IMG/VR virus record: IMGVR_UViG_3300033066_001351
Location: 1 to 64,000 of that record
Source of the DNA: a virus
Taxonomy: Duplodnaviria > Caudoviricetes
Length of the DNA: 64,000 bases
Reading direction: 5' to 3' (one strand)
How positions within the stretch are numbered: the first letter of the stretch is position 1; every line of letters starts with the position of its first letter. Position numbers and translations under genes: made by a program. Shown in pieces: positions 8,410 to 18,338 of this stretch. The notes below the pieces were generated by a model that saw nothing but the letters and a program-made list of their open reading frames with translations, had not been told where the DNA came from and did not search any database.

Positions 8410-9213
8410 GTGGCTTTATCTCCTGAGAAACGCGCGTTCGTTCAAGGCTTCATCGACTCGGACGGGTCACTGACAGAAGCCTTGCGCGCTCAAAAAGACC
8501 CGCTCAAAATTGAGGCGCAAGGCGGCAACACCGATCCAGCTTTGCCCATTCGTATAGCAGACGACATAACCACATACCGTGATGAGAATAAACTTCTAAA
8601 TTATTACGAGGAAATAGACGAAACGACAGGACTTTCTAATCAGGACGTAAAAATCGCCCAAGCCCATGCCGAAACTAGGAATATAAACACAGCCTTGCGG
8701 CGAGTGTTTGGGCAAAACGTCCCAGCGGGGTATAAGGAAAAACTTCTAGCCTCGCAGCATTATGTTAGACATACTAACAAAATTGTTAGAGAGTTAGAGC
8801 GGGACGCGCTCTTGAAAGCCCAGCAAGTGCTGCTGGAATTGGCATACGTGGCGCAATCCGACATCAGAAACGTTGTGGATGACGATGGCGTACCAAAAGC
8901 GCTGCAGGACCTCGACACGGCAACCGCCCGCGCGGTTCAGTCCGTCGAAATTGTTAGAAGACTTGGCCCCAAAAATGAAGATGGCACTAACGAAGTGGAG
9001 TGGCTGTATAAGTATAAATTTTGGGACAAACTGCAGGCTCTTGACAAACTGGCTAAACATTTAGGCATTTTGGCCGATCGTCCAGAAATTGATCCGCTGA
9101 CCTTGAGCGATCAAGAGCGCAAACGGGAGATGCGCAGAATGATCTTGGCTGAGCTAGGTGACATGGCGAAACCCACACCGGCGACGATAACACCGGACGG
9201 ATCCGACGCCTAA
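8410..9213 (+). CDS. terS: Terminase small subunit
   Basis: VLLELAYVAQSDIRNVVDDDG...KYKFWDKLQALDKLAKHLGI is a typical TerS C-terminal pattern. Confidence 0.8.
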   Translation: MALSPEKRAFVQGFIDSDGSLTEALRAQKDPLKIEAQGGNTDPALPIRIADDITTYRDENKLLNYYEEIDETTGLSNQDVKIAQAHAETRNINTALRRVFGQNVPAGYKEKLLASQHYVRHTNKIVRELERDALLKAQQVLLELAYVAQSDIRNVVDDDGVPKALQDLDTATARAVQSVEIVRRLGPKNEDGTNEVEWLYKYKFWDKLQALDKLAKHLGILADRPEIDPLTLSDQERKREMRRMILAELGDMAKPTPATITPDGSDA

Positions 9214-9314
9214 CGCGCCTCTGTGTTCGCTTGCTACAGCAATGGGAAAATTGCTTGGCGATGCGTGGCGTGCTACAGCCTGCGCAACGCACGCGAACAA
9301 AGGAACAATGCAAC

Positions 9315-9971
9315 ATGACGGTATATGGTTATACGCGCGTCAGCACGGCAAGGCAGGCAAGCGAAGGTGAAAGCCTAGAAGTGCAGCAACGCGCCATCGC
9401 GGGATATGCCATGATCCATGGCGCGACCGTGGCGCACATATATAAGGAGGAGGGGGTTAGTGGATCGGTCCCACTTCACGAACGGGAACAGGGTGCCAGG
9501 TTGCTATGCGTGCTGCAGTCCGGGGATATGATCGTGACCGCCAAACTGGATCGTATGTTCCGCTCCGCGTCAGATGCACTTCAAGTGCTCGACGGACTGA
9601 AACGCCGCGGCGTATCGCTCCATATGATTGATCTCGGCGGCGACGTGGCAGGCAGTGGCATAAGCAAGCTACTCTTTACGATCCTTTCCGCCGTGGCTGA
9701 GGCGGAACGTGACCGGATCCGCGAACGGATCAGCCAAGTCAAAAGCGATCAGCGCGACCGTGCTCGATACCTTGGCGGCAAGGTTCCCTATGGATACGAG
9801 CGGGATGCATCGGGCGGTATCGTCCCATCCGATACCCACGACGATATCGCGCGCATCCACGCCATGCGCCAGGCTGGTCACACATTCCGTGCGATACAGG
9901 ACGCACTCCGACGCGATGGTGAGGCGCCATCCATCGCGGCCATCCACAGGATAGCCAGCCGGTCCCGCTGA
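9315..9971 (+). CDS. Serine recombinase (resolvase/invertase family)
   Basis: VYGYTRVSTARQ catalytic Ser motif, EGVSGS, GDMIVTAKLDRMFRS, AEAERDRIRER. Confidence 0.92.
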   Translation: MTVYGYTRVSTARQASEGESLEVQQRAIAGYAMIHGATVAHIYKEEGVSGSVPLHEREQGARLLCVLQSGDMIVTAKLDRMFRSASDALQVLDGLKRRGVSLHMIDLGGDVAGSGISKLLFTILSAVAEAERDRIRERISQVKSDQRDRARYLGGKVPYGYERDASGGIVPSDTHDDIARIHAMRQAGHTFRAIQDALRRDGEAPSIAAIHRIASRSR

Positions 9972-9980
9972 TCCGGTCCG

Positions 9981-10005
9981 GTCTAGGGCGGAAACCGCCC
10001 TAGAC
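9981..10005. terminator. Perfect hairpin after the recombinase
   Basis: GTCTAGGGCGG-AAA-CCGCCCTAGAC; no clear U-tail. Confidence 0.45.
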
Positions 10006-10221
10006 CGCCGGCCATCCGGCGACACATCGGGCACCCCCACCCCCAAAATTTCCAAGCGAAAAAAATTTCCGCCATGCCGCGTAGGGTCAGTCTCACCACT
10101 TTGGCAAATCCCAAAACGCTTAAATGTTTGATACAAACCCACCCCCTTCTATACAGGCGTTTTGACCTTCTCAAATTTGAAATTTTTTCAAAATCAACAT
10201 TTTGGACCCCATCTGTTCCCG

Positions 10222-10250
10222 TTGACACTCCCGCGATGTCCCCGTATTCT
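10222..10250 (+). promoter_or_regulatory. sigma70-like promoter
   Basis: TTGACA-17-TATTCT. Confidence 0.65.
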
Positions 10251-10286
10251 TCAACCTTACAAACCATCTAAGGAGACCCCTACTCC

Positions 10287-10625
10287 ATGGACGACAAAAT
10301 CCTGAACCCGAGCCAACCCCTCCACCTGACGACCGTCGCCCCCGACCTTGACCGCGCCGCCCTCGTTGCCGACACTCTGACAACCGCAGTGACAGAGATC
10401 ATTGAAATCTTCGGCCCCGACCTTGCCGGCTTTTCGATCGTTGTTTGGGATATGCGTGCTTCCCCCGCTTCCTATGTGTCTGCCGACCACGGTATGGTGA
10501 GCGAGGCGTTCGTCCCCACCTTTTCGCACGATGTCCTGAACCGTCACTTGACGGCGTCGCTACTGGATCCGATGAACCACACCTTCGGCATCGATGATCC
10601 AGACGACACGACACCGGCGTCATGA
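10287..10625 (+). CDS. Hypothetical protein
   Basis: TAAGGAG RBS; first of a coupled run of ORFs. Confidence 0.7.
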   Translation: MDDKILNPSQPLHLTTVAPDLDRAALVADTLTTAVTEIIEIFGPDLAGFSIVVWDMRASPASYVSADHGMVSEAFVPTFSHDVLNRHLTASLLDPMNHTFGIDDPDDTTPAS

Positions 10626-10825
10626 TCTACGACGATATCCGCCCTTGCTACGGCGACTGGCTCTCCCCTACCTGGCAGCGCTGCTTTGCGTGGCTTCCAA
10701 CGCATACGTATGATGATGGCACGGTGTGGTTTCGCACCGTCTATCGCCGACGGCGTGTTCTCAACTACCGCTATCTGCCAGGTGGTGATTCATGGTGGGT
10801 CTACAGAAGGTACGCACCTCAATGA
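10622..10825 (+). CDS. Hypothetical W-rich protein
   Basis: ATGA overlaps at both ends; WQRCFAWLP motif. Confidence 0.65.
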   Translation: MIYDDIRPCYGDWLSPTWQRCFAWLPTHTYDDGTVWFRTVYRRRRVLNYRYLPGGDSWWVYRRYAPQ

Positions 10826-11013
10826 CCAACGAGCAACTTATCAAAATCCTGGTGTCTGAAAGCCCAGTCAACCGCGCCCGGACGGTTCTCCTGCAATACA
10901 TCCCTATGATCAGGTCTTCCTACTCCACGGCGTCGCCGATCGATCAACGGCGCCTAGAAGTGGAAGCCATCCATAAGATCGCCGCCGAACTTGGAGTTAC
11001 CACCGATGAGTGA
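10822..11013 (+). CDS. Hypothetical protein
   Basis: Coupled ORF. Confidence 0.55.
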   Translation: MTNEQLIKILVSESPVNRARTVLLQYIPMIRSSYSTASPIDQRRLEVEAIHKIAAELGVTTDE

Positions 11014-11524
11014 AAACCAATTCAATCTGACGGATGCGATGCAAACGTTGAACACCGAAGTTAGTCGCGATTTTGGCATCGATATATCTCGCAAGGCGTT
11101 CGAGGCGCGGCAAAACGAACTTAACCAGTCGGCGCAGCAACTCGCCGGCCAACAGTCGTACGACCTTGGTGCGACGACGTATAATACCCCCGTCACCGCC
11201 GAAGCCGAACGCGATTTCTTCGGCACGTACGAGGAACCAGGTACGCCTTACGATTTCAACACGCAGACGCGTCAACGTCCGCGGGCCGCAGAAGTTGATC
11301 TCCTTCGCACCGAGATCAACCGCCTTCGCATCGCACTTAGCCAGGCAAAAGCGAGCCTTGACCGCGTTACCGACACTCCCATCAGCCGCCTGTCCGCCTC
11401 GTGGGAGCACCTTCCGTGTCCCACGTCCAACACCCGTACGTCCAACCAATCACCTTTCCCCTTCGGCGCCCTTCGCCGCGGTAACAGCCAAGCGATTGGT
11501 TTGTCCAGTCATTTGCCGTACTGA
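11006..11524 (+). CDS. Hypothetical protein
   Basis: GGAG RBS; coupled ORF. Confidence 0.6.
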   Translation: MSENQFNLTDAMQTLNTEVSRDFGIDISRKAFEARQNELNQSAQQLAGQQSYDLGATTYNTPVTAEAERDFFGTYEEPGTPYDFNTQTRQRPRAAEVDLLRTEINRLRIALSQAKASLDRVTDTPISRLSASWEHLPCPTSNTRTSNQSPFPFGALRRGNSQAIGLSSHLPY

Positions 11525-11937
11525 TGGAGAAGCAATTGTTCAACCCCGCACTCCACAACGGCGACGAGACAGGCAGCCCCTTCGTCACCTGCCGCAATTG
11601 CTCCGGCAACGGGTGGTCCAATCCGACCACGCGCTGTCCGACGTGCGGCGGCTCTGGCGTCAATCAAACCACTTTCGTATATCCACCTCGCAACCAAGCC
11701 CCCATCAAGGACGTCAACAACACCTACGGCCCCGGCACCTTCGGCTGCCACGAGGCTATGCACACGGCGTCAATCGCCCTAGACATGGTTGACAGCAATC
11801 TTCGCGATCATCCAGCCGTCCAACAAAACGAAACCTGGATGCGTCTCGCTAACGACGCGTGTAAGGCGCTCTTCGATCTCTACCAAGCCATCGGCATCAT
11901 CCATCTCAAGAACGACGTCAAGCCTCTTCGCGACTGA
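11524..11937 (+). CDS. Hypothetical protein with DnaJ-type zinc-finger (CxxCxGxG) pair
   Basis: CRNCSGNG and CPTCGGSG; C-terminal GTFGCHEAMH...LFDLYQAIG. Confidence 0.7.
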   Translation: MEKQLFNPALHNGDETGSPFVTCRNCSGNGWSNPTTRCPTCGGSGVNQTTFVYPPRNQAPIKDVNNTYGPGTFGCHEAMHTASIALDMVDSNLRDHPAVQQNETWMRLANDACKALFDLYQAIGIIHLKNDVKPLRD

Positions 11938-11954
11938 ACCAAAAGGAATCCCTC

Positions 11955-12179
11955 ATGCCCAACCAGCCCGATCTCTATTCTTTCTGGGGCCTCATTGCGT
12001 CCACCGACGAAGAAGCCCCCGTCAACAACGCTCGCCAGACTATCGCGGATCTGAAAGGCGGGAAAATTCCGCAGACCGTGGTCCGCGATCTCGGCGACGC
12101 GGTGAAGCAAGCCACCCGCGACAGCGCCGTTGGTGGGTCCATTGGACGCACGTTCACGGGAGGGATTGGCCGCTCGTGA
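11955..12179 (+). CDS. Hypothetical protein
   Basis: AAGGA RBS. Confidence 0.55.
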   Translation: MPNQPDLYSFWGLIASTDEEAPVNNARQTIADLKGGKIPQTVVRDLGDAVKQATRDSAVGGSIGRTFTGGIGRS

Positions 12180-12379
12180 CACCACACGACCTGGCGAAAG
12201 CCTTGTGCCAGCGGGCCGGGTATGACCCCGAACAGCGCATAACACGGTCTATCCCCCAGCAGATACACTCCCCATACGGCGTCGCGTATGTCGTGCCAAA
12301 CTCGTCCGACCCGGCGTGGACGCTGTGGTTTGACGAGGCTTCCAGAGCGTTGGAAATACTTGCTGATGATAAAATCTGA
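12176..12379 (+). CDS. Hypothetical protein
   Basis: GTG start overlapping the previous stop; overlaps terL start. Confidence 0.55.
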   Translation: MTPHDLAKALCQRAGYDPEQRITRSIPQQIHSPYGVAYVVPNSSDPAWTLWFDEASRALEILADDKI

Positions 12380-15092
12380 TACGGTCCTGACGCCTGAAAA
12401 CATCGCGATGCTAGACGACGCCGATCTTGCGGCGTTCGCCCATCGTCGTGAGTGGTTGAAGAGTGCCTTCAGCGACACACGCGGGGCAGGCAAAGGCAAG
12501 CAAATACCACCGGATAGCGGGTGGCAGATAACACTTCTTCGCGCTGGGCGCGGGCTGGGAAAAGGGTTGACACTCAATACGCGTATTCCTACGCCGAGTG
12601 GGTGGACAACTATGGGTGAAATCGCCCCCGGCGACGAAGTGTTTGATGAATACGGTGTCCCGTGCCGTGTTACGTTTGTGACAGAGACCTATATTCCAAA
12701 AAAAGCGTATAGGTTTACTTTTTCAGACAACACTGTTCTGGAAGCGTGCGACGAGCATCAGTGGGTTACGTGGACCCATGCAGACCGCAAGGCTTTTTCA
12801 CGCTCTCCTTACGAGGATACAACACGTTTCCCTGATAATTGGCCGCAGTGGCGTTTGAAACGTAAGGTAAACGGCTACGGCGAGCCGAAAACATATGATG
12901 ATAGCCCCGGACCGCGTATCCGCACGTCTGAAGACATTAACCGTACCCTCGTCTACGGCAAACGTGGTGATACCAATCATTGTATCCCCCTAGCGGCGCC
13001 GTTAGAACTTCCTGACGTCGATTTGCCGCTTGATCCCTACGTGCTGGGCTACTGGCTCGGCAACGGGAACAACGACACGGGAGAACTGTGCGCGGGGAGT
13101 TACGCTGGAAACTTCGATCACACGTTTATCAAAAGTCAAGTTGAGGCCGCTGGTTACGAAACAACCGAAAAATTGGTATTTGACCGCGGCTCGTCCATAA
13201 TCCGCGCGAAAGGCTTAAAGAAACAACTACGTAGTATGTGGTTGCTCAACGACAAACACGTACCTGACGTATATCTTAGGGCGTCTATACCGCAAAGACT
13301 GGCGTTGTTGCGCGGGTTGATGGATAGTGATGGCTACACGGCGTCAAACTACTGCGAGTTCTGTTCTACCACCGCGGCCTTGGCCGACGCCGTTCTGGAA
13401 CTGGTTAGGTCTCTCGGGTGTCGCCCTGTCTTGTGCGAAGATAGAGCGCGCCTGAACGGCGTCGATTATGGCCCTCGCTATAGGATTACGTGGCGACCCA
13501 CGTTCAACCCGTTCCTGTTGCCGCGGAAAGCGGACCTTATAGTTTCCACACCGTCGTCGCAGGCACTGCGCAAGTGCCATCGGATGATCGTGAGTTGCGA
13601 ACTTATAACGCCTGCGCCAATGCGCTGTATATCCGTGGACAGTCCTAACGCCATGTACTTGGCCGGCGGTGGTATGATCCCAACCCACAATACACGCGCT
13701 CTTACGGAGTGGTTGTTTTGGGAAATGTGGCGCTGCCCGGACCTTATCGGGCACGCCATATCACCAACGTTGTCCGATATTCGCGGCACTCTTTTTGAAG
13801 GTAACGCGGGGTTTTGTTCAATAATTCCGGCGGAATGTCTTAAAGGTGGGTCTCTTGAGAAGGCGTATAACAAGTCAACACACGAACTACGCCTAGTAAA
13901 TGGATCACTAATACGCGGTTTTTCTGCTACAGATGATGGTTCTAGACTTCGCGGACCACAATGCATGGCATTGATTGGGGACGAAATTGCACAGTGGGAC
14001 AAACCAGCAGGCAACTTAGAGCAAGTAATTAGTAACGCTTTATTTGGACTGCGTTTGAAATACCCCGACGGCACGCCGTCCCGCGCCATGTTTGGCACCA
14101 CGCCACTGCCTATCCCATTCCTCAAGCGCTTTGAAAAGCGCGAAGGCGTCAGGCTTGTTACCGGGTCATCCTACGAAAACATGGAGAACCTGGACGATAA
14201 CTTCCGGGTCCAACTTCGTGCCATGGCCGGCACCCTTCTCGGGCGCCAGGAAATCGACGGCGCCTACATCGATGAAGAGTCCGATCGCTCCATTATCAAG
14301 CGGCGTTGGATCAATTTGTTCCCATACTATATGCCCGACGGCGTGACCAAGCGGAAACTACCGATGTTTTCGTTCATCATCGAGGCTTACGACACGGCGA
14401 CGTCAGAGCACAACGTAGACAAGAAACGCCAGACCACCGACCCGTCCGGGTCCATCGTCCTCGGCGTGTTCAACGTCAACCAGTATTTCACCGAGGCCGA
14501 ACGGCGACGGATGAACTGTAAATCCAAGTATGCCGCGCTCCTGTGCGATGCTTGGACGGAACACCTTGGCCTGCCGGAACTGCTTGAAAAGGCCCGCAAC
14601 CAGCACCGTATCAAATGGGGATCCGATCCGGCGAGGCGTCCCGACATCACTCTTATCGAAGATAAATCAAGTGGTCCGTCTCTGCGTCAGTTCCTTGTCA
14701 AGTACGGTGTCCCGTGTTATGCCTACAATCCAGGAAAAGAGAATAAGACCACACGGCTGCACGCCATATCGCCACTTGTCAATCAGGGGATGCTGTTCGT
14801 GCCTGAGTCCGACATCTCAAAACGTCCGGATCGGAAGGGATTGCCGCGGGATTGGGTAGAGCCGTTTCTTGAGCAAGTCTGTGCCTTTTCCGGCCCCGGC
14901 TCCACCGAACACGATGAATTTGTTGATACTTTCAGTTCGGCTATGTCTTATCTCCGGAATCGTGGTATTCTGGACGCTACCCCCGATGAGCCTTATATAG
15001 ATCGGGATGAGAAGATAGACGCGGATCGCGGCGAAGCGCGGCGCATTCATAACTCAACCAGACCGCGTATCACGCCGAACCCATACGCGTAA
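12366..15092 (+). CDS. terL: Terminase large subunit (intein-containing)
   Basis: AGRGLGK|T Walker A, RLRGPQ, IGDEIA Walker B, GTTP, AYDTA, LIEDKSSG, EHDEFVD nuclease motifs. Confidence 0.95.
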   Translation: MIKSDTVLTPENIAMLDDADLAAFAHRREWLKSAFSDTRGAGKGKQIPPDSGWQITLLRAGRGLGKGLTLNTRIPTPSGWTTMGEIAPGDEVFDEYGVPCRVTFVTETYIPKKAYRFTFSDNTVLEACDEHQWVTWTHADRKAFSRSPYEDTTRFPDNWPQWRLKRKVNGYGEPKTYDDSPGPRIRTSEDINRTLVYGKRGDTNHCIPLAAPLELPDVDLPLDPYVLGYWLGNGNNDTGELCAGSYAGNFDHTFIKSQVEAAGYETTEKLVFDRGSSIIRAKGLKKQLRSMWLLNDKHVPDVYLRASIPQRLALLRGLMDSDGYTASNYCEFCSTTAALADAVLELVRSLGCRPVLCEDRARLNGVDYGPRYRITWRPTFNPFLLPRKADLIVSTPSSQALRKCHRMIVSCELITPAPMRCISVDSPNAMYLAGGGMIPTHNTRALTEWLFWEMWRCPDLIGHAISPTLSDIRGTLFEGNAGFCSIIPAECLKGGSLEKAYNKSTHELRLVNGSLIRGFSATDDGSRLRGPQCMALIGDEIAQWDKPAGNLEQVISNALFGLRLKYPDGTPSRAMFGTTPLPIPFLKRFEKREGVRLVTGSSYENMENLDDNFRVQLRAMAGTLLGRQEIDGAYIDEESDRSIIKRRWINLFPYYMPDGVTKRKLPMFSFIIEAYDTATSEHNVDKKRQTTDPSGSIVLGVFNVNQYFTEAERRRMNCKSKYAALLCDAWTEHLGLPELLEKARNQHRIKWGSDPARRPDITLIEDKSSGPSLRQFLVKYGVPCYAYNPGKENKTTRLHAISPLVNQGMLFVPESDISKRPDRKGLPRDWVEPFLEQVCAFSGPGSTEHDEFVDTFSSAMSYLRNRGILDATPDEPYIDRDEKIDADRGEARRIHNSTRPRITPNPYA
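12564..13691 (+). mobile_element. Class 3 intein (376 aa) with LAGLIDADG endonuclease domain, inserted in the TerL P-loop
   Basis: Starts GLTLNTRIPTPSGWTTMGEI; block B DEHQW; YVLGYWLGNG and LLRGLMDSDG; block F MRCISVD; ends IPTHN|T. Confidence 0.92.
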
Positions 15093-15110
15093 CTAAGGTA
15101 TAGATCAGTC

Positions 15111-17735
15111 ATGGCGCTTCCTACGACCCGCAATCAACTTCCGCCCGATCGTCGTGCCGGTCAGGACGACGAGGGGGACTACTTGGCTGCGGCGACGCCA
15201 TTGACGCCAGCCGATTCAGGAGAATTTGTCTCCGTTGACCCTGATCCGGACGAAATTCAGATCGAACCGGCGGATGATGGAGGTGTTTTTGCTGAAATTC
15301 CCGGTGAAACGGAAATTTCCATCTCCATTGACGTGGAAGACGTTTTCTACTCCAATCTGGCAGAAGTTCTCTCCCAGCGGACCCAAGACTCTATCACCGC
15401 CGACCTGATTGAAAAGATTGAGGACGACAAGGAGTCACGTAAACTCCGCGACAAACAGTATGAGGAAGGCATCCGGCGTACCGGCCTTGGCAACGATGCA
15501 CCCGGCGGCGCCGAGTTTGAGGGTGCCTCCCGTGTCGTGCATCCGATGATAACGGAAGCCTGCACGGACTACGAGTCCCGCATCATCAAGGAGTTATGGC
15601 CGCCGTCGGGTCCGGTGAAACCTAAGATCATCGGCGCGATTACGACCGATAAGGTTCTGCAGGCAGATCGTATCACTAGCCACATGAATCTACAACTCAC
15701 GTCGCAGATGAAAGAAGCCCGCTCGGTCGTGGAAACGACCTTGACGCAGGTTCCTTTGGGCGGGTCGCAGTTCATCCACCTGTTCTACGACGCCCGTCTC
15801 AGGCGTCCGAAGATGGAGTTTCGGTCGGTAGACAAACTGTACGTCCCCTTCGCGGCGGCGGATTTCATGTCCGCCGAACGCCAGACGTACACGGACACCA
15901 TCACGGAGATGGAATTCCGGCAGCGCATCCGTCAGAAGATGTATGTCGATGCCGACGCCAAGGTGCCAGGCACTGAACCCGACGAAAGCCGTGCCCAAAA
16001 GGCGTCCAACAAGGTTGAGGGCAAGGAAGACTCGGGGATGAGTGTGGACAACCCACGCGAAATCTACGAGACGATGGCGTATATCGAGTTCACGGACGAA
16101 ATGGCCGATGATCTCGGTGATTGCGTCTGCGGCGACGAGGAAGTCGGTGGATTCTACCCGTATCTGATCAGCATCGACGTCACGACACGCAAAATGCTGT
16201 CGATGTATCGCGACTGGGAGGAAAACGACGCCACTTTCGAGCCGATCCAGCACAATTTTGAGTTTCCCTTCATCCCGTGGCGCGGCGCCTTGTCCATTGG
16301 CTTGCCACAACTGATCGGCGGCCTGTCCGCCGCGGCGACGGGCGCTCTGCGGGCACTTTTGGACTCGGCTCACGCCAATAATGCCTTTGGCGGCCTGATT
16401 ATGAAGGGCAGCGGCGTCGGCGGGCAGACGATCCGGCCTCAGATTGGCGAATTTGCCGAGATTGAGGGGGGTGTAGAGGCAAAAAGCATCAAGGATGTTG
16501 TTTTGCCGTTCTCGCCGACCCAGCCGTCCGGTGTCTTGTTTCAGTTGCTTGGATTTGTGGTCGATGCGGCCAAGGGTGTCGTCCGGACATCCATGGATGA
16601 GGGTCCGAATAACACGCCGGTGCCCGTCGGCACCCAGATGAGCCGTGTTGAAGAAGGTTTGGTGGTGTTTTCCGCCATTCACGGACGTGCTCACGCGGCT
16701 TTTAACCGGTTACTGGCCGGATTGCATCGCCTGAATCGCCTGTATTTGCCCGAAGAAGTCAAGATCGACGCCGAAGGCAAGGAACTGATCGTCCGGCGTA
16801 GTGATTATGACGGCCCGTGCGTGGTTCAGGGCGTTTCCGACCCGACAATCTACTCCGATCAGCAGCGTTTCGCGCAGCTTAACTACATCCAGCAGCGTGT
16901 CGTCGTGGCGCCGCAGCTTTGGAAGTTGCGTGAAGTGGAACTGGCCGGCCTGAAACTGATGAAGTGGCCCGATCCGGAGTCGCTTCTGCAGGATCAGCCG
17001 GAACCGCAGGAACTGAACCCGGTCAACGAGTCTTTGAGCATGTCGCTCGGACAACCGGTGATGGTTTTCCCCGATCAAGACCATATGGCCCACCTGCAGG
17101 TCCACTTGGACTACACGAAAAGCCCGATGTTTGGGATGAACCCGATCATCGCGCCGAAGTACCTGCCGATGGCGTTGAGCCACATCGCCGAACACATTGC
17201 ATATCTCTATGTGGAGAAGACGGTTGACGTGGTGCGCAAGGCCACCAACCAGGATCCGGCGAAACTCATGTCGAAGGACCCGAAGGTCAAGCGTGAGTTT
17301 GACGCGTTGTTGGCAAGTGCTACGCAGGTCGTAGTGCCAGAGGTTGAACAGATGTTGGCGCAGGTGCCGCAGGTGTTGCAGCAGGCCCAGCAGATGATGT
17401 CTACCCTCGCGCCGAAGCCTCCAATGGACCCGTCCGCGGCGGCGGTGCAGGTTGCGACGATGGATAACCAGCGCAAGACGCAGGAAGGTCAGTCGGACGC
17501 GCAACTTGAGGCGCAGAAACAACAGCATAACGATCAGCAGGAACAGGCCCGTATCGCGCTGGAGTCGGAGAACATCCAGCAGCGCCGCGAGGGCCAGGAA
17601 CTGCAAGCCAAAGTAAAATTGATCACCAATGAACAGGACGCCGAGACGGCGAGGGATATCGCCTCCATGCGGGCCACGACAGGCTCGCCGGGGCATTTCT
17701 CGACGGGCGCGTCATTGTCAGACGGGAAAATCTAA
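15111..17735 (+). CDS. Portal protein
   Basis: 874 aa directly after terL; FEGASRVVHPMI, LRALLDSAH, PVGT, VSDP, PDQDHMAHLQVH; Q-rich helical C-terminus. Confidence 0.9.
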   Translation: MALPTTRNQLPPDRRAGQDDEGDYLAAATPLTPADSGEFVSVDPDPDEIQIEPADDGGVFAEIPGETEISISIDVEDVFYSNLAEVLSQRTQDSITADLIEKIEDDKESRKLRDKQYEEGIRRTGLGNDAPGGAEFEGASRVVHPMITEACTDYESRIIKELWPPSGPVKPKIIGAITTDKVLQADRITSHMNLQLTSQMKEARSVVETTLTQVPLGGSQFIHLFYDARLRRPKMEFRSVDKLYVPFAAADFMSAERQTYTDTITEMEFRQRIRQKMYVDADAKVPGTEPDESRAQKASNKVEGKEDSGMSVDNPREIYETMAYIEFTDEMADDLGDCVCGDEEVGGFYPYLISIDVTTRKMLSMYRDWEENDATFEPIQHNFEFPFIPWRGALSIGLPQLIGGLSAAATGALRALLDSAHANNAFGGLIMKGSGVGGQTIRPQIGEFAEIEGGVEAKSIKDVVLPFSPTQPSGVLFQLLGFVVDAAKGVVRTSMDEGPNNTPVPVGTQMSRVEEGLVVFSAIHGRAHAAFNRLLAGLHRLNRLYLPEEVKIDAEGKELIVRRSDYDGPCVVQGVSDPTIYSDQQRFAQLNYIQQRVVVAPQLWKLREVELAGLKLMKWPDPESLLQDQPEPQELNPVNESLSMSLGQPVMVFPDQDHMAHLQVHLDYTKSPMFGMNPIIAPKYLPMALSHIAEHIAYLYVEKTVDVVRKATNQDPAKLMSKDPKVKREFDALLASATQVVVPEVEQMLAQVPQVLQQAQQMMSTLAPKPPMDPSAAAVQVATMDNQRKTQEGQSDAQLEAQKQQHNDQQEQARIALESENIQQRREGQELQAKVKLITNEQDAETARDIASMRATTGSPGHFSTGASLSDGKI

Positions 17736-17905
17736 TGGACCTGAATGAGTGGCAACAGACCCAGTCTATGGATGTGGTGCAGGCGGTAGACCACCAGGCA
17801 CGCCTGTATTACGCCAAGATGCCCCTTGATCTACGGCGTCCTGTATCGGCGCTATGGGAACTGGCGGCTATCCAGCATGATTGGGCGACGCTCAACAGGC
17901 GCTAG
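17735..17905 (+). CDS. Small hypothetical protein (56 aa)
   Basis: TAATG coupling to the portal stop; MDLNEWQQTQSMDVV... Confidence 0.5.
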   Translation: MDLNEWQQTQSMDVVQAVDHQARLYYAKMPLDLRRPVSALWELAAIQHDWATLNRR

Positions 17906-17975
17906 GTGGACCCGACCGAAGGTATTTGATAAGATAGCGTAAAATGCCATTACATTTTAGCAAGGTAGCGTCAAT

Positions 17976-18326
17976 ATGACGAGTCTAACAGCCCCTTATG
18001 CGGCTCTAACGCCGTCCGCGAACAGCGCATCGTCTTTTGTTATGAAGGCGTTGGCGGGCGGCGTGGATTTTTTTCAGGTCAATACCGGTGCAACTGCTGG
18101 GTATGTGATGCTGCATGACGCGGCAGCCGCACCATCGAACGGCGCCGTGACGCCGCTTCTGTGTATTCAGGTAGCGGCCAATTCGACGGTGTCCGTCGGT
18201 ATTGATCCACCATTGAAGGTGACGACCGGCGCCGTGTTGACGTTCAGCACCACGGGTCCGACGACATTGACCTTGTCCGCGACGGCGTGGTTCTCGGGGC
18301 GGATGTATAGCCCGCAATACGGTTGA
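17976..18326 (+). CDS. Putative virion (beta-sandwich) protein
   Basis: A/T/V/G-rich composition; location in the structural module. Confidence 0.7.
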   Translation: MTSLTAPYAALTPSANSASSFVMKALAGGVDFFQVNTGATAGYVMLHDAAAAPSNGAVTPLLCIQVAANSTVSVGIDPPLKVTTGAVLTFSTTGPTTLTLSATAWFSGRMYSPQYG

Positions 18327-18338
18327 GGGTAGAACGAC

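Noticed and set aside
15690-17696. Long antisense ORFs (also 20999-21988, 27359-28354, 47664-48662, 61204-62124)
   Set aside because: Shadow frames of high-GC3 genes with no RBS or motifs.
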